Assembly: GCA_051362555.1 (NCBI GenBank)
Contig: CM120643.1
Location: forward strand, 7,192,001-7,256,000
DNA from: Lingula anatina
Taxonomy: Eukaryota > Animalia > Brachiopoda
DNA length: 64,000 nucleotides
Direction: 5' to 3'
The notes under the pieces were generated by a model. That model was not told the origin of the DNA, made no database searches, and saw only the letters and a list, made by a program, of their open reading frames with translations. The position numbers were made by a program, and so were the translations under genes. Below, one piece after another: positions 51,101 to 62,889 of this stretch. How positions within the stretch are numbered: the first letter of the stretch is position 1; each line of letters opens with the position of its first letter.

Positions 51101-54100
51101 GAATGTAAAAATGGATTCATTAACCATTGTTAAGTATGGAAAAATTGTTGTTTACTCCAGGAAAATTCATTTTTTGGCCAAAATGAAGAGTTATTATCCC
51201 TTTAACTAAACCAAAATGCAATCTTTCTCGCAGATTTAAATTTGCTGAAATATCTTTCCCAGATCATCTAATTTTCAACTGAGGCCTATTCTCAATTCCT
51301 GAGCCTCAGAGTTTTGCTTTCAGTTTTAATGAACTTTTCTAAAGTTCAGAATAAAAAGATTGCTTACTGAATTATCATCTGAATCACCACTTTGGCCATC
51401 ATTAGACCCACCATTCTCCTGTAAATAAAAATAAAAATACTACAGGACACCATTTATAATATTGAAATTAGCATTACAGATTTGTTTCCTATTAGGTCAC
51501 ACCAAAATAAAAAAGAGACTCTTATCTATTTTTGCATACACCTTAAACACAGATAAAATACAAATTGGTTCAAACACAAGCGAACATGAGCATGGCTGGT
51601 ACTCACACATATTTCCAAGTGATCCCGTAGTTCACTGAGCTCTAGTTTTTTGCCACAACTGTCGCATGAAGTAGTTTGCACTTGGTCCTCTATAGCAGAT
51701 GTCACAATGAGGCTTTTTTGGATTGGTCTAATGTATATTTTGGCACTTACGGTGCTGGTCATTATTTTTATCTGTTCTGCACTGCAGAAGCCAACATTAC
51801 AAACAACAAGTTTGTTTCGAGCACTTTTATCTGTAACCATGAATTCCACATCGTTGTTGCACTCCGCCAATCTTGGATAAGCTCTGCAAAATGTTAATAC
51901 GTATTGTAGCAACTTAATAAGATTTCATTTAGAGACCTTCGTTAATTCCCCCAATTGAATTTAATCTATGATTATCTATGATTGAACCAATCCTTAGATA
52001 GTATATCAAAAATTCCAGATTTTCAAAAATGCAACTGGTAATAACAGAGAACCCAAGTTAATTATTTTCATACTCATTGTGATTAGGCCTACTTACTTTT
52101 GAAGGACATTTCTCACTGCATCTACAGTTCCTTGTGCTGGTAAAACAATCTTTTTTTCCCCTAAACCATTCTCTAAGAGAAGATTTTTCTCCACAAATGA
52201 TACAGGAGGCGAGTCACTATTTCTATCACTCAATACAACAAAAGTTTTTGTAAATGGGCGTCCACAAGCTGAAAGATGCAATATTGAATTGACACATGAG
52301 AGTGGACCATTATATGCTGAACCCATTGGATATTAAAAATGAACATCTGCTTTAAGGCAGAGATCAAATAAAAAAGTTACATGATCAGACAGGGTTGAAA
52401 ATTTCTATTCATTGGGATTTTCATCTACAGAGTAAATAAATTGAGCATACTCACTAGCATTTGATGAGGTGGACCTGCTTCTTCTAGAAGTTGAGTAGGG
52501 CTGATATCTTGAGAATGACCTGTCTACTTGAGCTGGACGGCTCTGGAGATAAAAAATAATTTTCATTCCAGGTGGCTGAAGTATTCATCATCCTCATACC
52601 CAGTACATAGAAAAGTTGGAGACAATCAATTTGATTGAAGGGCACTTGCTACAATCAACAACAAATACTGACAAAGATGTATAGCATTGTAAGCCAGTTA
52701 TGATCACGAGAACACAAGTAGGAAATGAGGATGCCATATTGAATGAAACACAAAAATATTCCTACAAGGTTAGATTCAGTTTCTTGAGACAAATGATTTA
52801 CATAGTATTTTAAAATTTGGATTTGGGGACATATCAATATGATTCATTACCTGCAGAGATCTAGGCCTAAAAAGGTTCCTATGTTCCTCTTTTATTCTAG
52901 TCTCCCTACTAGTTTCCCTACTTTGCCTTTGATTTGGAACAGGTCTTTGAGTTATTTCAGGGATATCAACCTGTAAAATGAGTTAGGTACACACTTATAA
53001 ATATGATATGTAACTACATTGTAGACTAAATAGCTGGCCTTATTTTTCAACAAAACATATAAAAAGACCGATTGTGCAGGCCTATTCTTTTTGTTAAATG
53101 TCTTATATTATTCATTCATTTATTTTCTTGATTATTTTTAGGCGTAGCTAATTCACTTTAAATCAAAATCAGGCAGTTGACAGTGTGGCAGCAGAGCCAG
53201 AGAGGGCTTTTCATTGATTAGGTCTATTACCATTTTGGTAATAATAGGTTTTACGGGTCCCTATTTAATTGTTAATTACTCGACCAATTTTGGCCCAATT
53301 TTCATAAATTTGGTATCGTTAGACTCTACAAACCATTTTCTTGACATAGAATATAATTATTATGTCTTTAATATGTTTTTAATGACATTTTAATGAGTTA
53401 TTACAGGTACTCTACCAATAGAAGAAATGCCAGCGCGTCATCTATCGGCCACATATTGTAGCACGAGGCTCCCAATGGGGGTGCGTCAAAGTGAAATTGC
53501 ACAATTTTTAGTAGTCGGGGAAATGAAAAGACAAGAAATTAAGATAAAATAGGCAAATTAAAAGAAACACTTGCTTTTTGCCTATTTTTTCTTAATTTTG
53601 TCTTTTCCTTTTCTTTTTATTTCCCCCGAGTACTAAAAATTGTGCAATTTCAGTTGACTCACCCCCATTTGGAGCCTCGTGCTACAATATGTGGCCGTGG
53701 CCTTTCGTAGAGTACCTGTAATAACTAATTAAAAACGTCATTAAAAACATATTAAAGACATAATAATTATATTCCATGTCAAGAGAAAGGTTTGCAAAGT
53801 CTAATGATTCCAAATTTGTGAAAGTCGGGCCAATATTGGTCGAGTATTTAACAATTAAATAGGGACCGTAAAACCGACTATTACCTCAATTTTTTGAAAG
53901 TTTCTTGCAAAACACAATGAGGAAGATTTTAATAAATCTAACCCAGCCTACCTCCTCTCTCTCGTTTTCCTGGTCACGAGAAGTAGAAGTTGTGGATCTG
54001 GACCTGTCAACAACACCATTAATAAGTGTCACCGCTTGATTGAGCAGTCCTCCAATAGAGTGAAGTAAGGTTCTGTCGATTGACTCTGTTCGGTTGCGGG

Positions 54101-54104
54101 ACAT
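48153..54104 (-). CDS. Zinc-finger + HECT-domain E3 ubiquitin ligase (G2E3-like HECT), 12 exons, ~686 aa
   Basis: Exons 54104-53952, 52970-52851, 52542-52455, 52268-52097, 51883-51607, 51418-51368, 50826-50686, 50344-50235, 49945-49587, 49361-49222, 48944-48773 and 48430-48153 are all GT-AG and phase-compatible. Motifs GEDAADFGGPRREFF, ILAFATG, LPTSQTCLNRLILP (catalytic Cys) and a terminal -4 Phe (FGLN*). Confidence 0.85.
50866..51205. mobile_element. Kolobok-like MITE (TTAA TSD) in an intron of the HECT gene
   Basis: ttaa|agggataa ... ttatccct|ttaa; inverted homologue of 18076-18427. Confidence 0.75.
53237..53885. mobile_element. ~650-bp palindromic (foldback) element in intron 1 of the HECT gene
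   Basis: Arms ggtaata..ggttttacgg.tccctatttaattgtta and taacaattaaatagggaccgtaaaacc..tattacc pair along nearly the whole length; centre at ~53570. Confidence 0.8.
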
Positions 54105-54231
54105 TTTATGTATTCTAGTTGCATAAAAAGGTGTAACTCGAGTAATCGATAACTATGGAAATGTATTCACCTCTGATGGCAGCCAACTTAAAAATTACCG
54201 CGCGACAGACAGACAGAAACACGTGTTACTA

Positions 54232-54595
54232 CCGCAGCGCCCTCTGACGATCGATCGATGGGACGATCGACGAGAATAGTTACACGATCGACGAGATTAG
54301 TTGGACGATCGATGAGAATAGTAACACGATCGACGAGATTAGACGATCGACGAGAATAGTTACACGATCGATGAAAATAGTTTGACGATCGACGAGAATA
54401 GTTACACGATCGATGAAAATAGTTTGACGATCGACGAGAATAGTTAGGCCTACACGATCGACGAGAATAGTGACAGTAGATGTTGAATTTATGACAGGAT
54501 CGTTTAAACTTGAAACTGAATCGATGGGAAGGCAGTGAATCGACGAAACATAACTGAATCGACGACAGGATTTTTTGCCCTTTTGGCCGCCCATA
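54232..54595 (-). repeat. Right TIR of the IS3EU-type element
   Basis: Reverse complement of 44865-45235. Confidence 0.95.
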
Positions 54596-55003
54596 CATGA
54601 CATATGTTATTTGTATACTAACAATCATCCTATTATAATTACTTGTAGGGGTCGATGTCTGCAGTGAGCAGAGAAGAGTTGGAAGATATTATAGTGGAGG
54701 TGTGTGATTGGTCCTCTGCAAATGGCATGGATATAAGAACACTCCCTGAAGAAGAGTGGAGATGTCCCCCCAAGATCCCTAGCCATCTATCTATAAGTGA
54801 TCAGCCAATGAGGTGTGTGTGCGAGCATTGTTGTGGGAATGCCCAGTGAGGCTGAAAGGATTTGTTGCAATCAACAGCATAGTTTCAGGAGTGTAGATCC
54901 AGTAAGCATAAAATTCATCTGTTGCTTTTATTTTTAGATGGACACAGAAGACAACAGGTTTCTTTGCAAATCTTATTCTGCCATGTACTAAGGTCTGGAT
55001 GTT

Positions 55004-55380
55004 TTGCCACATAATTTATCAAACATTTACTTAAAATTTGACTCCCTTTCTTTTGGTTCAGACTACTTTACATCAAAGTTTAATAGAGAAGACAAGAACT
55101 GTACCGTTGTGGCGTCGTGGGCCGGTGATGATGGTGAGATTACAGATTACAGAGATCTCAGGCCTGGGTTGATTTCTTATTTCATAAAGCACATACTTTT
55201 CATCAATGGTAGGAATATTCCACATATATTTGCAGTTGTGAAGTGGTACAAATGCATTGATAGGCAAGACATTCCTCCCCCCTTTTTCGCCATGGCTCAG
55301 AAACAGTTTTATCATGCCAGGTGCTGCCTCTTTCATTCCCAAGCAAAGAATTCTAGAGAAATGTGCCCATGATTAGCTGA
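55004..55380 (+). pseudogene. C-terminal fragment of an EnSpm/CACTA-like transposase
   Basis: ..VVASWAGDDGEI..LRPGLISYFIKH..HIFAVVKWY pattern, which I associate with animal EnSpm-like proteins. Confidence 0.55.
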
Positions 55381-56884
55381 CTCCATCATTACAAGTTACT
55401 TAACCTTTAAAACATTCAAGTATTTTATGAATCCATTAATCTACTATTTAATCATATTTTTAATTTTTATTTGAGTTTGAAATATTATTTTGTTTCTTCT
55501 TCCAACAGCCTGTCTGTATCCAGTTTTATGGCAGAAACATTTGTTGGTTCTGGTGCCATTGTGGCCGTGGTTGGTTATGATCTAATGGTGTGAAACACTT
55601 GGTAATATGCCTTTTATATAGACACATGTATATGATGTGTTAAGGGTTGCCATTCCTTGTGACATTGTCCTGTTTTTCCTCATTAGGAAAGTGCTATTTC
55701 TGATATTGGTTAGTCGCCTCTATGATGTTTTAAAGTATTGTAGGCGCATAGATTTTTTAAGTCTGTCCAGATATATATATCACATTCACTCATTAGGAAA
55801 TTCTGTGAAAAGGACATGAAGTTCAATTTCAATTGTGATTACATGGCCTCCAATGAAATATTTGTTGTGCCCCATAATTTTTAGATTCCTTTTTAAACAG
55901 ATTCCAAAATTAATAGAACTTGAGTCCATAGAGAGCGGAGAGAAACAGGACGAGGGAGAGGAGGAAGATAAGGTGACTATGTCAAAGAAAAGACAGAGGA
56001 GAGAGGACAAAGGAGCAAGAGGGAATAGAAACAAACGATTCAAAAAGGTGAGAACTCTGAAATTGTCATAACACGTAGCCAATTAATTTTTAATTGATTG
56101 GACATTAAGGTCAGAAATTTATTTATGTTATCATACTGCAAAAAATAAATGGATAAAATAAATAAATAAATAGAAAACTATGTATGCTATTTTTCATTTT
56201 GGTTGTCATCTGTTAGAAGAACAGGAACCCACAGACAGAGGAAGAAAGAGGTGAGAAATACCACAATAATATTATAAAACGTGGATGACCTGTTCAAAAC
56301 TAACTTATAAGTGCAATTTTGGAACAAATATTATAAGTTTGTAGCCTAGAAATGTTGCACAATAGCTTTATTGCAATGTTCCTTCATTGTTCTTTCTGTT
56401 CTTTTTTTGTGTGTAATTATCAAAGTTTTTCAAAACATTACAATTTAAAATTCATGCATTCTGTAATAATTGAAGCTACAATATATCAAAAAGTAAAACT
56501 CTTCTCAAATTATGTTATTCATTTCAGGTACCAATGCTTTGGAAGTCCGCAAAAAACAAAGCAAAAGAACAAAAGACGAAGGAGGTGAGCAGTATAAATA
56601 ACATTTTTCACATGCCATTCTTTCTTCGTTAACACTTTAACTAGTCCAAAAAATGTAAATATCTGTATTACTACCCCATACACAATGAAGCTTTGAGGTG
56701 TTTAACTCCTGAGGCAGAAAGTAGTACGTGTATGTATAATTTTATGAATATTTGAATTACATGCTCCTGAAATACTTGCAGCACGAGACCCGAGGGAATA
56801 TGAACCCCTCCCAGTGTCTGATATTAAACACCAGCAACTGCCTGGATGCCATAGCAAGACTGAGGGCGGAATTAATGGAAAAAA

Positions 56885-57307
56885 ATGGACACTGTTATGG
56901 AAATGCTAAAGACAGTTCAGTCACAGACTGCGACCCCACTGTCCTCAACACGACTCATCCATGCCATCCATGGAAGAGTTACTAGAACTCAAAGTACGAT
57001 CCTCCAGCCCCGGAAACTTCTGTGTCGGTTAATGGGAAAGATTTTCTCCAAAGATGAGAGGTCCGATCCCGGGTACAATGTATATGATTCCCAGGATAGA
57101 AACAAGAACAATAAAAAGGCAATGTACCCAAATCATATAAAATTCATTAAGGAAAACTTAACTGAGATATACCTGCAACATGCAAAACAAACTGGATTAA
57201 TGAAGCAATTAGTTCCAGATTCAGAAATTGAGACATTCTATTTGAAATTAGCAAAGAAAACATTACCTCACAACAGTCACTGCTATTTGAACACAGATAT
57301 GCAGTAG
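56885..57307 (+). pseudogene. BEN-domain-like ORF; a degenerate paralogue lies at ~58090-58320
   Basis: PRKLLCRLMGKIFSKDER..MYPNHIKFIKENL; the second copy reads NFCVLLMGRIYSKEER. Confidence 0.4.
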
Positions 57308-58962
57308 GGCATTTTGTCAGCTGTAATCTTTTGGATGGAACTAGAGAACTTATAGAAAATATTTGTTTCCCAATCAAAAAGGTACAACAATTTTGCCGTC
57401 TTCTCATGAATGGCATTACTTTTCAATCTCTTTCATACAGGAACTGTGCAGACCGCAGAAAATTTCTGATACGTGTAATTATTTTTAATAAAGCCGCGGG
57501 CATGGGCACGTAAGTAGTTATGTAATTGTTCCTATCACTTTAATTGATCCCAGTCAACTTTAATTTTATCTCACTTTATTATCCTTTATCGAAAGTTACA
57601 ATAATTTGCAGCCGTGCGGTCTGTCACGCCAATATATAAGGTATAAAACCAGGCAGCCACCTAGAAATAAATAGTTATAGATTTTATAACTAAGCTGTGG
57701 TGTGGCATTGCTTTTCTCTCCTGGCATAACCCAAGTCAGGAATCGTGGACTGAACCTTGAATATTCAGCAGACGGATTAGAGACCTTTGAGTAAAATATA
57801 CCCTGCAGTATCTGTAAGAACTCAGTACAGATCTGGCACGACAGCTCGCACACAATTCCATTTTTGTTATCATGGAAGAGAACCAGCACTCTGTGAAGAT
57901 GGCAGAAGGACACAACAATCATGGACAAGACTCAGTTATCCCGCCAGGTATGGACAGGTTAGTGTATACTTTGGACATTTTGGCTCAAGATTTACAAGGT
58001 TAGCAACACAGAGCAATTAGACAAAGTAGGATAGATAACGCATCATCAGGCAATAAGACCGTGTGATGGAAACATCCCTTCGGAGGTCTGGTCTTACATA
58101 GACGAGTTAGACGTCTTAAAAGTGAAATCTAGGGGGCCAAGTAACTTTTGCGTTCTGTTAATGGGCAGGATATATTCTAAAGAAGAACGCCTTGACCCAA
58201 CGAGGAACATGGGGGCTTAAGAACAGCGCAATATAACAAAAGACCAATCTGCTCACCACAAAGACTAGACTATACATATATCAAAAACAGCATTCAGAAA
58301 TTGTATCCATCTGTAATGAACGAGGAGCTATGGTGACGATGTATCTCAGCGATGAACACTGCCAATCGAAATTTAAGGTGTTCACAAAAGATCAACGTAT
58401 AGGAAAGCCAACACGTGTTTCCTTACAATACGCCAAAGGCTTAGTTTGTCCGCAGATAAATCACATTCTTGGCTGATTGAGGCAATGTTTGAAAGAGCAA
58501 CCAATTAACTTACAGACCATGGCGCACTGTGGTAGAAAATGAAGAAGAAAAGCAAACAATTATCAAACATATGCACAGTGACAGTGACTGAAATTTACAG
58601 ATATTACTATTCTTTTACAATCTTTGGATTTATATTACTGTGAATGGAGTGTTAGTGATATGCATATACTGATATTACAATGTACTACCAGGTGCTACCA
58701 GGCTGTGTATTTTCATAAAACACTTCCCAACAAGAAAGCACAAAGCAAAGCCCTTACTATTTAATGTTTAACATGTAAGTAAATGATAAAGAAAGTAGAC
58801 CCCATGTTAAAGTAACATCAAGTAAACTATTGTCCTCACTCTCTGAAATACAAGTGGTGTTTAATTCTGAAGTCCCATATTATAATATTGCCCTATTGGA
58901 ATGGTTCGTATGATAATCATGTTTTTGGTTGGTTTTAATGCGATTTCATTTTGAATTGTCAG

Positions 58963-59275
58963 GTGGCGAGCGCCAAAAAGGCTCCTGTCAGACCAAGGAA
59001 GACAGTTTGTGGCTGAAATAAATACAGAGGTTTGCCGCTCCCTCAGCATAGAGAGGTCTGTGACAAGTGCCTATCATCCTCAGACCAATGGTCTGGATGA
59101 GAAGACAAACCAGACACTGAACACTCCATTGAGCAAGCTAATTAATGAACACCAGAACAACTGGGATATTTATTTGGAGGATGTGGCATATTCAATCAGG
59201 ACACAAAAGCAAGCGTCCACAAAGTTCACCCCTTTTTTTCTAATGTTTGGGAGGCACCTTAGGTCTCTGAGAGAG
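58963..59275 (+). pseudogene. Ginger/GIN-type (Gypsy-integrase-like) transposase exon
   Basis: APKRLLSDQGRQF..TSAYHPQTNGLDEKTNQTL..WDIYL..TPFFLMFGR bounded by AG/GT; a further exon-like piece starts at 59746; no RT or LTRs seen. Confidence 0.8.
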
Positions 59276-59959
59276 GTAATTCTAGATTTAAAATTTTAAT
59301 GATTAAGTAGACAACATAAATTTTGGAACATTTTTATTATTATTTTCTGACATCTCAGTAATAGATTTGTTACATCACTGAAATTGTGTTTGAAAAGCAG
59401 TCTATGTGTAGTCAAAATGTGTATTAGATATGATATGCTTTGGTCTTGGCATTTATATCAAACCTATTTAATCTTTTAAATCATGCAGACCTCTTTTAGA
59501 TTGTCAGTTATTTCTATATACGCTTAAATGGCCGCACTACAAATATTTTATTTACCTACTTATTTTTTCATTCTTCTGATTATTTTACTTAACAGGCTGG
59601 CTGCTAGTCATGCTACTGATCTTGTCTTTACCTTAAATGAAGTAGGAAGCATGAAACATCCCGTGTTCAAGCTCCCGTGTTCAAAAAAATAACATGATGA
59701 ATTTTAAAGAGGTTTTCTAATTTCAATTGTGATTTCCATTTTTAGATGAATGCCAAAGATGGTGAAAGTATTGAAGACATTTCTGTAAAAGATGAAGACA
59801 TGGTCAACCATAGAGAGGCACTGCTAGATGTCACCAAGAAAGTTTACAAAGTTCATCTAGTTAATTTACATTACAGCCACCATGCAATCATTCAACTGAC
59901 ATCATGTAAAAGGGCAAGGCATTTAATTATATTAAATTATGATATTTTAGGCACAAAGA

Positions 59960-60320
59960 AAAACTGCAGGACCTAACATGGAGAGAGGTGTTTGCCATCT
60001 GCAGGAAAGATTATAGTAAGGCTTTGGCAATTATTGAACTGGTCCTCAGTCTACCAGCCAGTAGTGCGGAGAATGAGAGGGCATTCAACAGAATGAAGCT
60101 GATCAAAACAGCCCACAGGTCAAGCTTATCCACCAGCTCACTGGACAGCTTGATGACAGTACGTCTGTTATCCAAACCTATAAGGCAGTTCAATCCTGAT
60201 GCAGCAATTGATGATTGGTTTTCTGCGACCAGCATGCAACCTACATTCAAGGATGGCTTAACTAAGAAAAGCAGAAAACTGCAGGCCATTGCTACCTCTA
60301 GTACCAGTCAGGCACATGAA
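59960..60320 (+). pseudogene. hAT C-terminal dimerisation domain remnant (ZNF862-like)
   Basis: LVLSLPASSAENERAFNRMKLIKTAHRSSL..LM..FNPDAAIDDW. Confidence 0.85.
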
Positions 60321-61062
60321 ACAGACTTCTTGTCACTACTTCACCTACTGTCTTCAGGAGTGTTGGATTGTACCAGGATCTGTTTTACAGACTTCTTGTC
60401 ACTACTTCACCTACCGTCTTCAGGAGTGTTGGATTGTACCAGGATCTGTTTTACAGACTTCTTGTCACTACTTCACCTACTGTCATCAGGAGTGTTGGAT
60501 TGTACCAGGATCTGTTTTACAGACTTCTTGTCACTACTTCACCTACTGTCTTCAGGAGTGTTGGATTGTACCAGGATCTGTTTTACAGACTTCTTGTCAC
60601 TACTTCACCTACTGTCTTCAGGAGTGTTGGATTGTACCAGGATCTGTTTACAGACTTCTTGTCACTACTTCACCTACTGTCTTCAGGAGTGTTGGATTGT
60701 ACCAGGATCTGTTTACAGACTTCTTGTCACTACTTCACCTACTGTCTTCAGGAGTGTTGGATTGTACCAGGATCTGTTTAACAGACTTCTTGTCACTACT
60801 TCACCTACTGTCTTCAGGAGTGTTGGATTGTACCAGGATCTGTTTTACAGACTTCTTGTCACTACTTCACCTACTGTCTTCAGGAGTGTTGGATTGTACC
60901 AGGATCTGTTTACAGACTTCTTGTCACTACTTCACCTACTGTCTTCAGGAGTGTTGGATTGTACCAGGATCTGTTTTACAGACTTCTTGTCACTACTTCA
61001 CCTACTGTCTTCAGGAGTGTTGGATTGTACCAGGATCTGTTTTACAGACTTCTTGTCACTAC
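60321..61062. repeat. 66-bp minisatellite, 11 full copies plus a partial (three copies are 65 bp)
   Basis: Unit acagacttcttgtcactacttcacctactgtcttcaggagtgttggattgtaccaggatctgtttt. Confidence 0.97.
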
Positions 61063-61539
61063 TTATATTAATTCAGTCAAGGCAGCGTGCAGTTTGGTCA
61101 ACCTAGAGGATGTGTCTTGAATCAGTACCTGCAGGAAGGGAAAGGGGATGCTGGTTGGAGTGCAAATCACAAGGCGTCAGTTAGGAGAATGGCAAAAAAC
61201 TCTCTATGGATTCGCTAATGGATGTGGAAGAAGAAGGTTTGTAATTTGAAGCTTTTCTTTTGAGATTATAGGTGATAATGCAGTAACAGAGATGTGTACT
61301 GCAGACAAGGGCTTTATCACACAGTACCATAATGAGTTTTCTCTGCAGGCCTTTCTAGGTTCTTTCACAAATATGTTGTGTTTAAGTAGTCATGTGAGTT
61401 TACCTAAAAACATAATATTTTTGGGTATTATATAACATTGTCTACACTTTGTGCTATTACTCGATATGCATAGTAGAAGTTCATTAGAAATACAGCATGT
61501 ATATCAGATTGTTAGTTAAATTGTGTTTATCTATAGATC

Positions 61540-62760
61540 AGCATGAGCAACAGCTGGAAGTTGATAGGAAGAACAAATTCCATTGTCGCTTTTGCAGCAA
61601 AGGCTACAAGTCGAAGGGGTCCCTGACCAAACACACTTACAGAGATGGGAAAGAAAATGTTGGTAAGTTTGTCATGAAGAAAAATAATTGATTTAATTAC
61701 TTTATTTCTACTTTTTCTTGAGTAACATTTCATTCTTTAAGATATATTGTTCATGCTTATTTTGTACAACATTCATGTCACAGAATCCATTTTTGGGCAG
61801 CTACATTCTAAAAATTTAATTCATAGTTATTCAAGTTGTATTATAACACCTTTCAGATACAACCGAGCAGAAAGAAAAGAAGGGCACCAGGTCCCCTCAG
61901 TGCACAGTGGAGATGTTGGATGGCAGTTCCATTTTACAAGGATGTCTTAAAGACATTGTGGAGGACCCAATTAATACCCTCAGTGAATGTGGTGAGATGG
62001 TGCCAGAGACAGCCAAGCAACTGCTACACATGAAAGAAACAGAAGAATTTTCAATTTTTTTTATCCTATTTGGTTAGTGAACTATGGCAGGTTTTGGTAT
62101 CAGGCGACACAAAGTCCATGCTGTCCTCAGCCAGGGTGGCCATGCTTAGTAACTTTCATTCATTTAGATTAAGTGACAATGTTAAACAGAAATTCAGGGG
62201 CTTTTTATCTATGTTTAACATAGACTTTAACTGAGGAGCTACTATTACAGAACATTACTATATTACCAAATTTCTAGAGAGTATGTCATCCTACAGAGAT
62301 GCCATTGATGCACCAGTGTACTTTGAACTCAGAAGAGAGGAAAACTTTGAGATATGTGGCTGGTTATATTCCCTTAACTCCAAAAGTGATACCAAATTTA
62401 AGGGCATCCATACCTGTCATTTTTGTGATGGGACTGATGGTGCACTGAGTGTTGAAATGCATTTTCAACAGAGACAAGTTGGTGGTCAGGATTGTGGCCT
62501 ATTTTGCCATTGCAACAGCTGTGTGGTTAGCTATAACAAGGTTGACCTGTATGACATTTAAGGGCTCAATTGTTGAGTTTGTATTCTAATTTTTGTAATG
62601 GGTCGATGGTAAAATGATTGTTGAAATGCATTCTCCACAGAGACAAGATGGTGGTCAGGATTGTAACCTATTTGCTATTGCAACAGCTGTGTGTTTAGCT
62701 ATAACAAGGTTGACCTGTATGACATTGTTTTCAGTCAAGAGCAGATGAGAAGACACTTGT
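61540..62760 (+). pseudogene. Degraded TE accessory gene: C2H2 finger exon plus duplicated Ulp1-like protease fragment
   Basis: FHCRFCSKGYKSKGSLTKH (61578-61635); QRQVGGQDCGLF (~62468) and QRQDGGQDCNLFAIATAV..FSQEQMRRHL (62638-62760). Confidence 0.55.
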
Positions 62761-62889
62761 ATGTAATCATACGCATACAGTGATGATAATAAACTACTAC
62801 TACTGCTACTATGAGAGTTTTTGTAGGGGGAAACTGGTAATGTTTCCATGTGAGGTTAAGACCCAATCAGTAAAGGTGACATATATTAC

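Larger units (their letters stand above)
44865..54595 (+). mobile_element. Full-length IS3EU-type DNA transposon (9731 bp) encoding a transposase and a HECT ligase
   Basis: Termini tatgggcggccaaaagggcaaaaaatcc / ggattttttgcccttttggccgcccata; TSD CATGAC at 44859-44864 and 54596-54601; two convergent genes that splice into open frames. Confidence 0.9.

Noticed and set aside
48153-54104. Host G2E3 orthologue
   Set aside because: It lacks the N-terminal PHD/RING fingers and is enclosed by TIRs and a TSD.
60289-61106. Long ORFs of 260, 137 and 372 aa as real repeat proteins
   Set aside because: They arise from a stop-free 66-bp minisatellite with frame-shifting 65-bp units.
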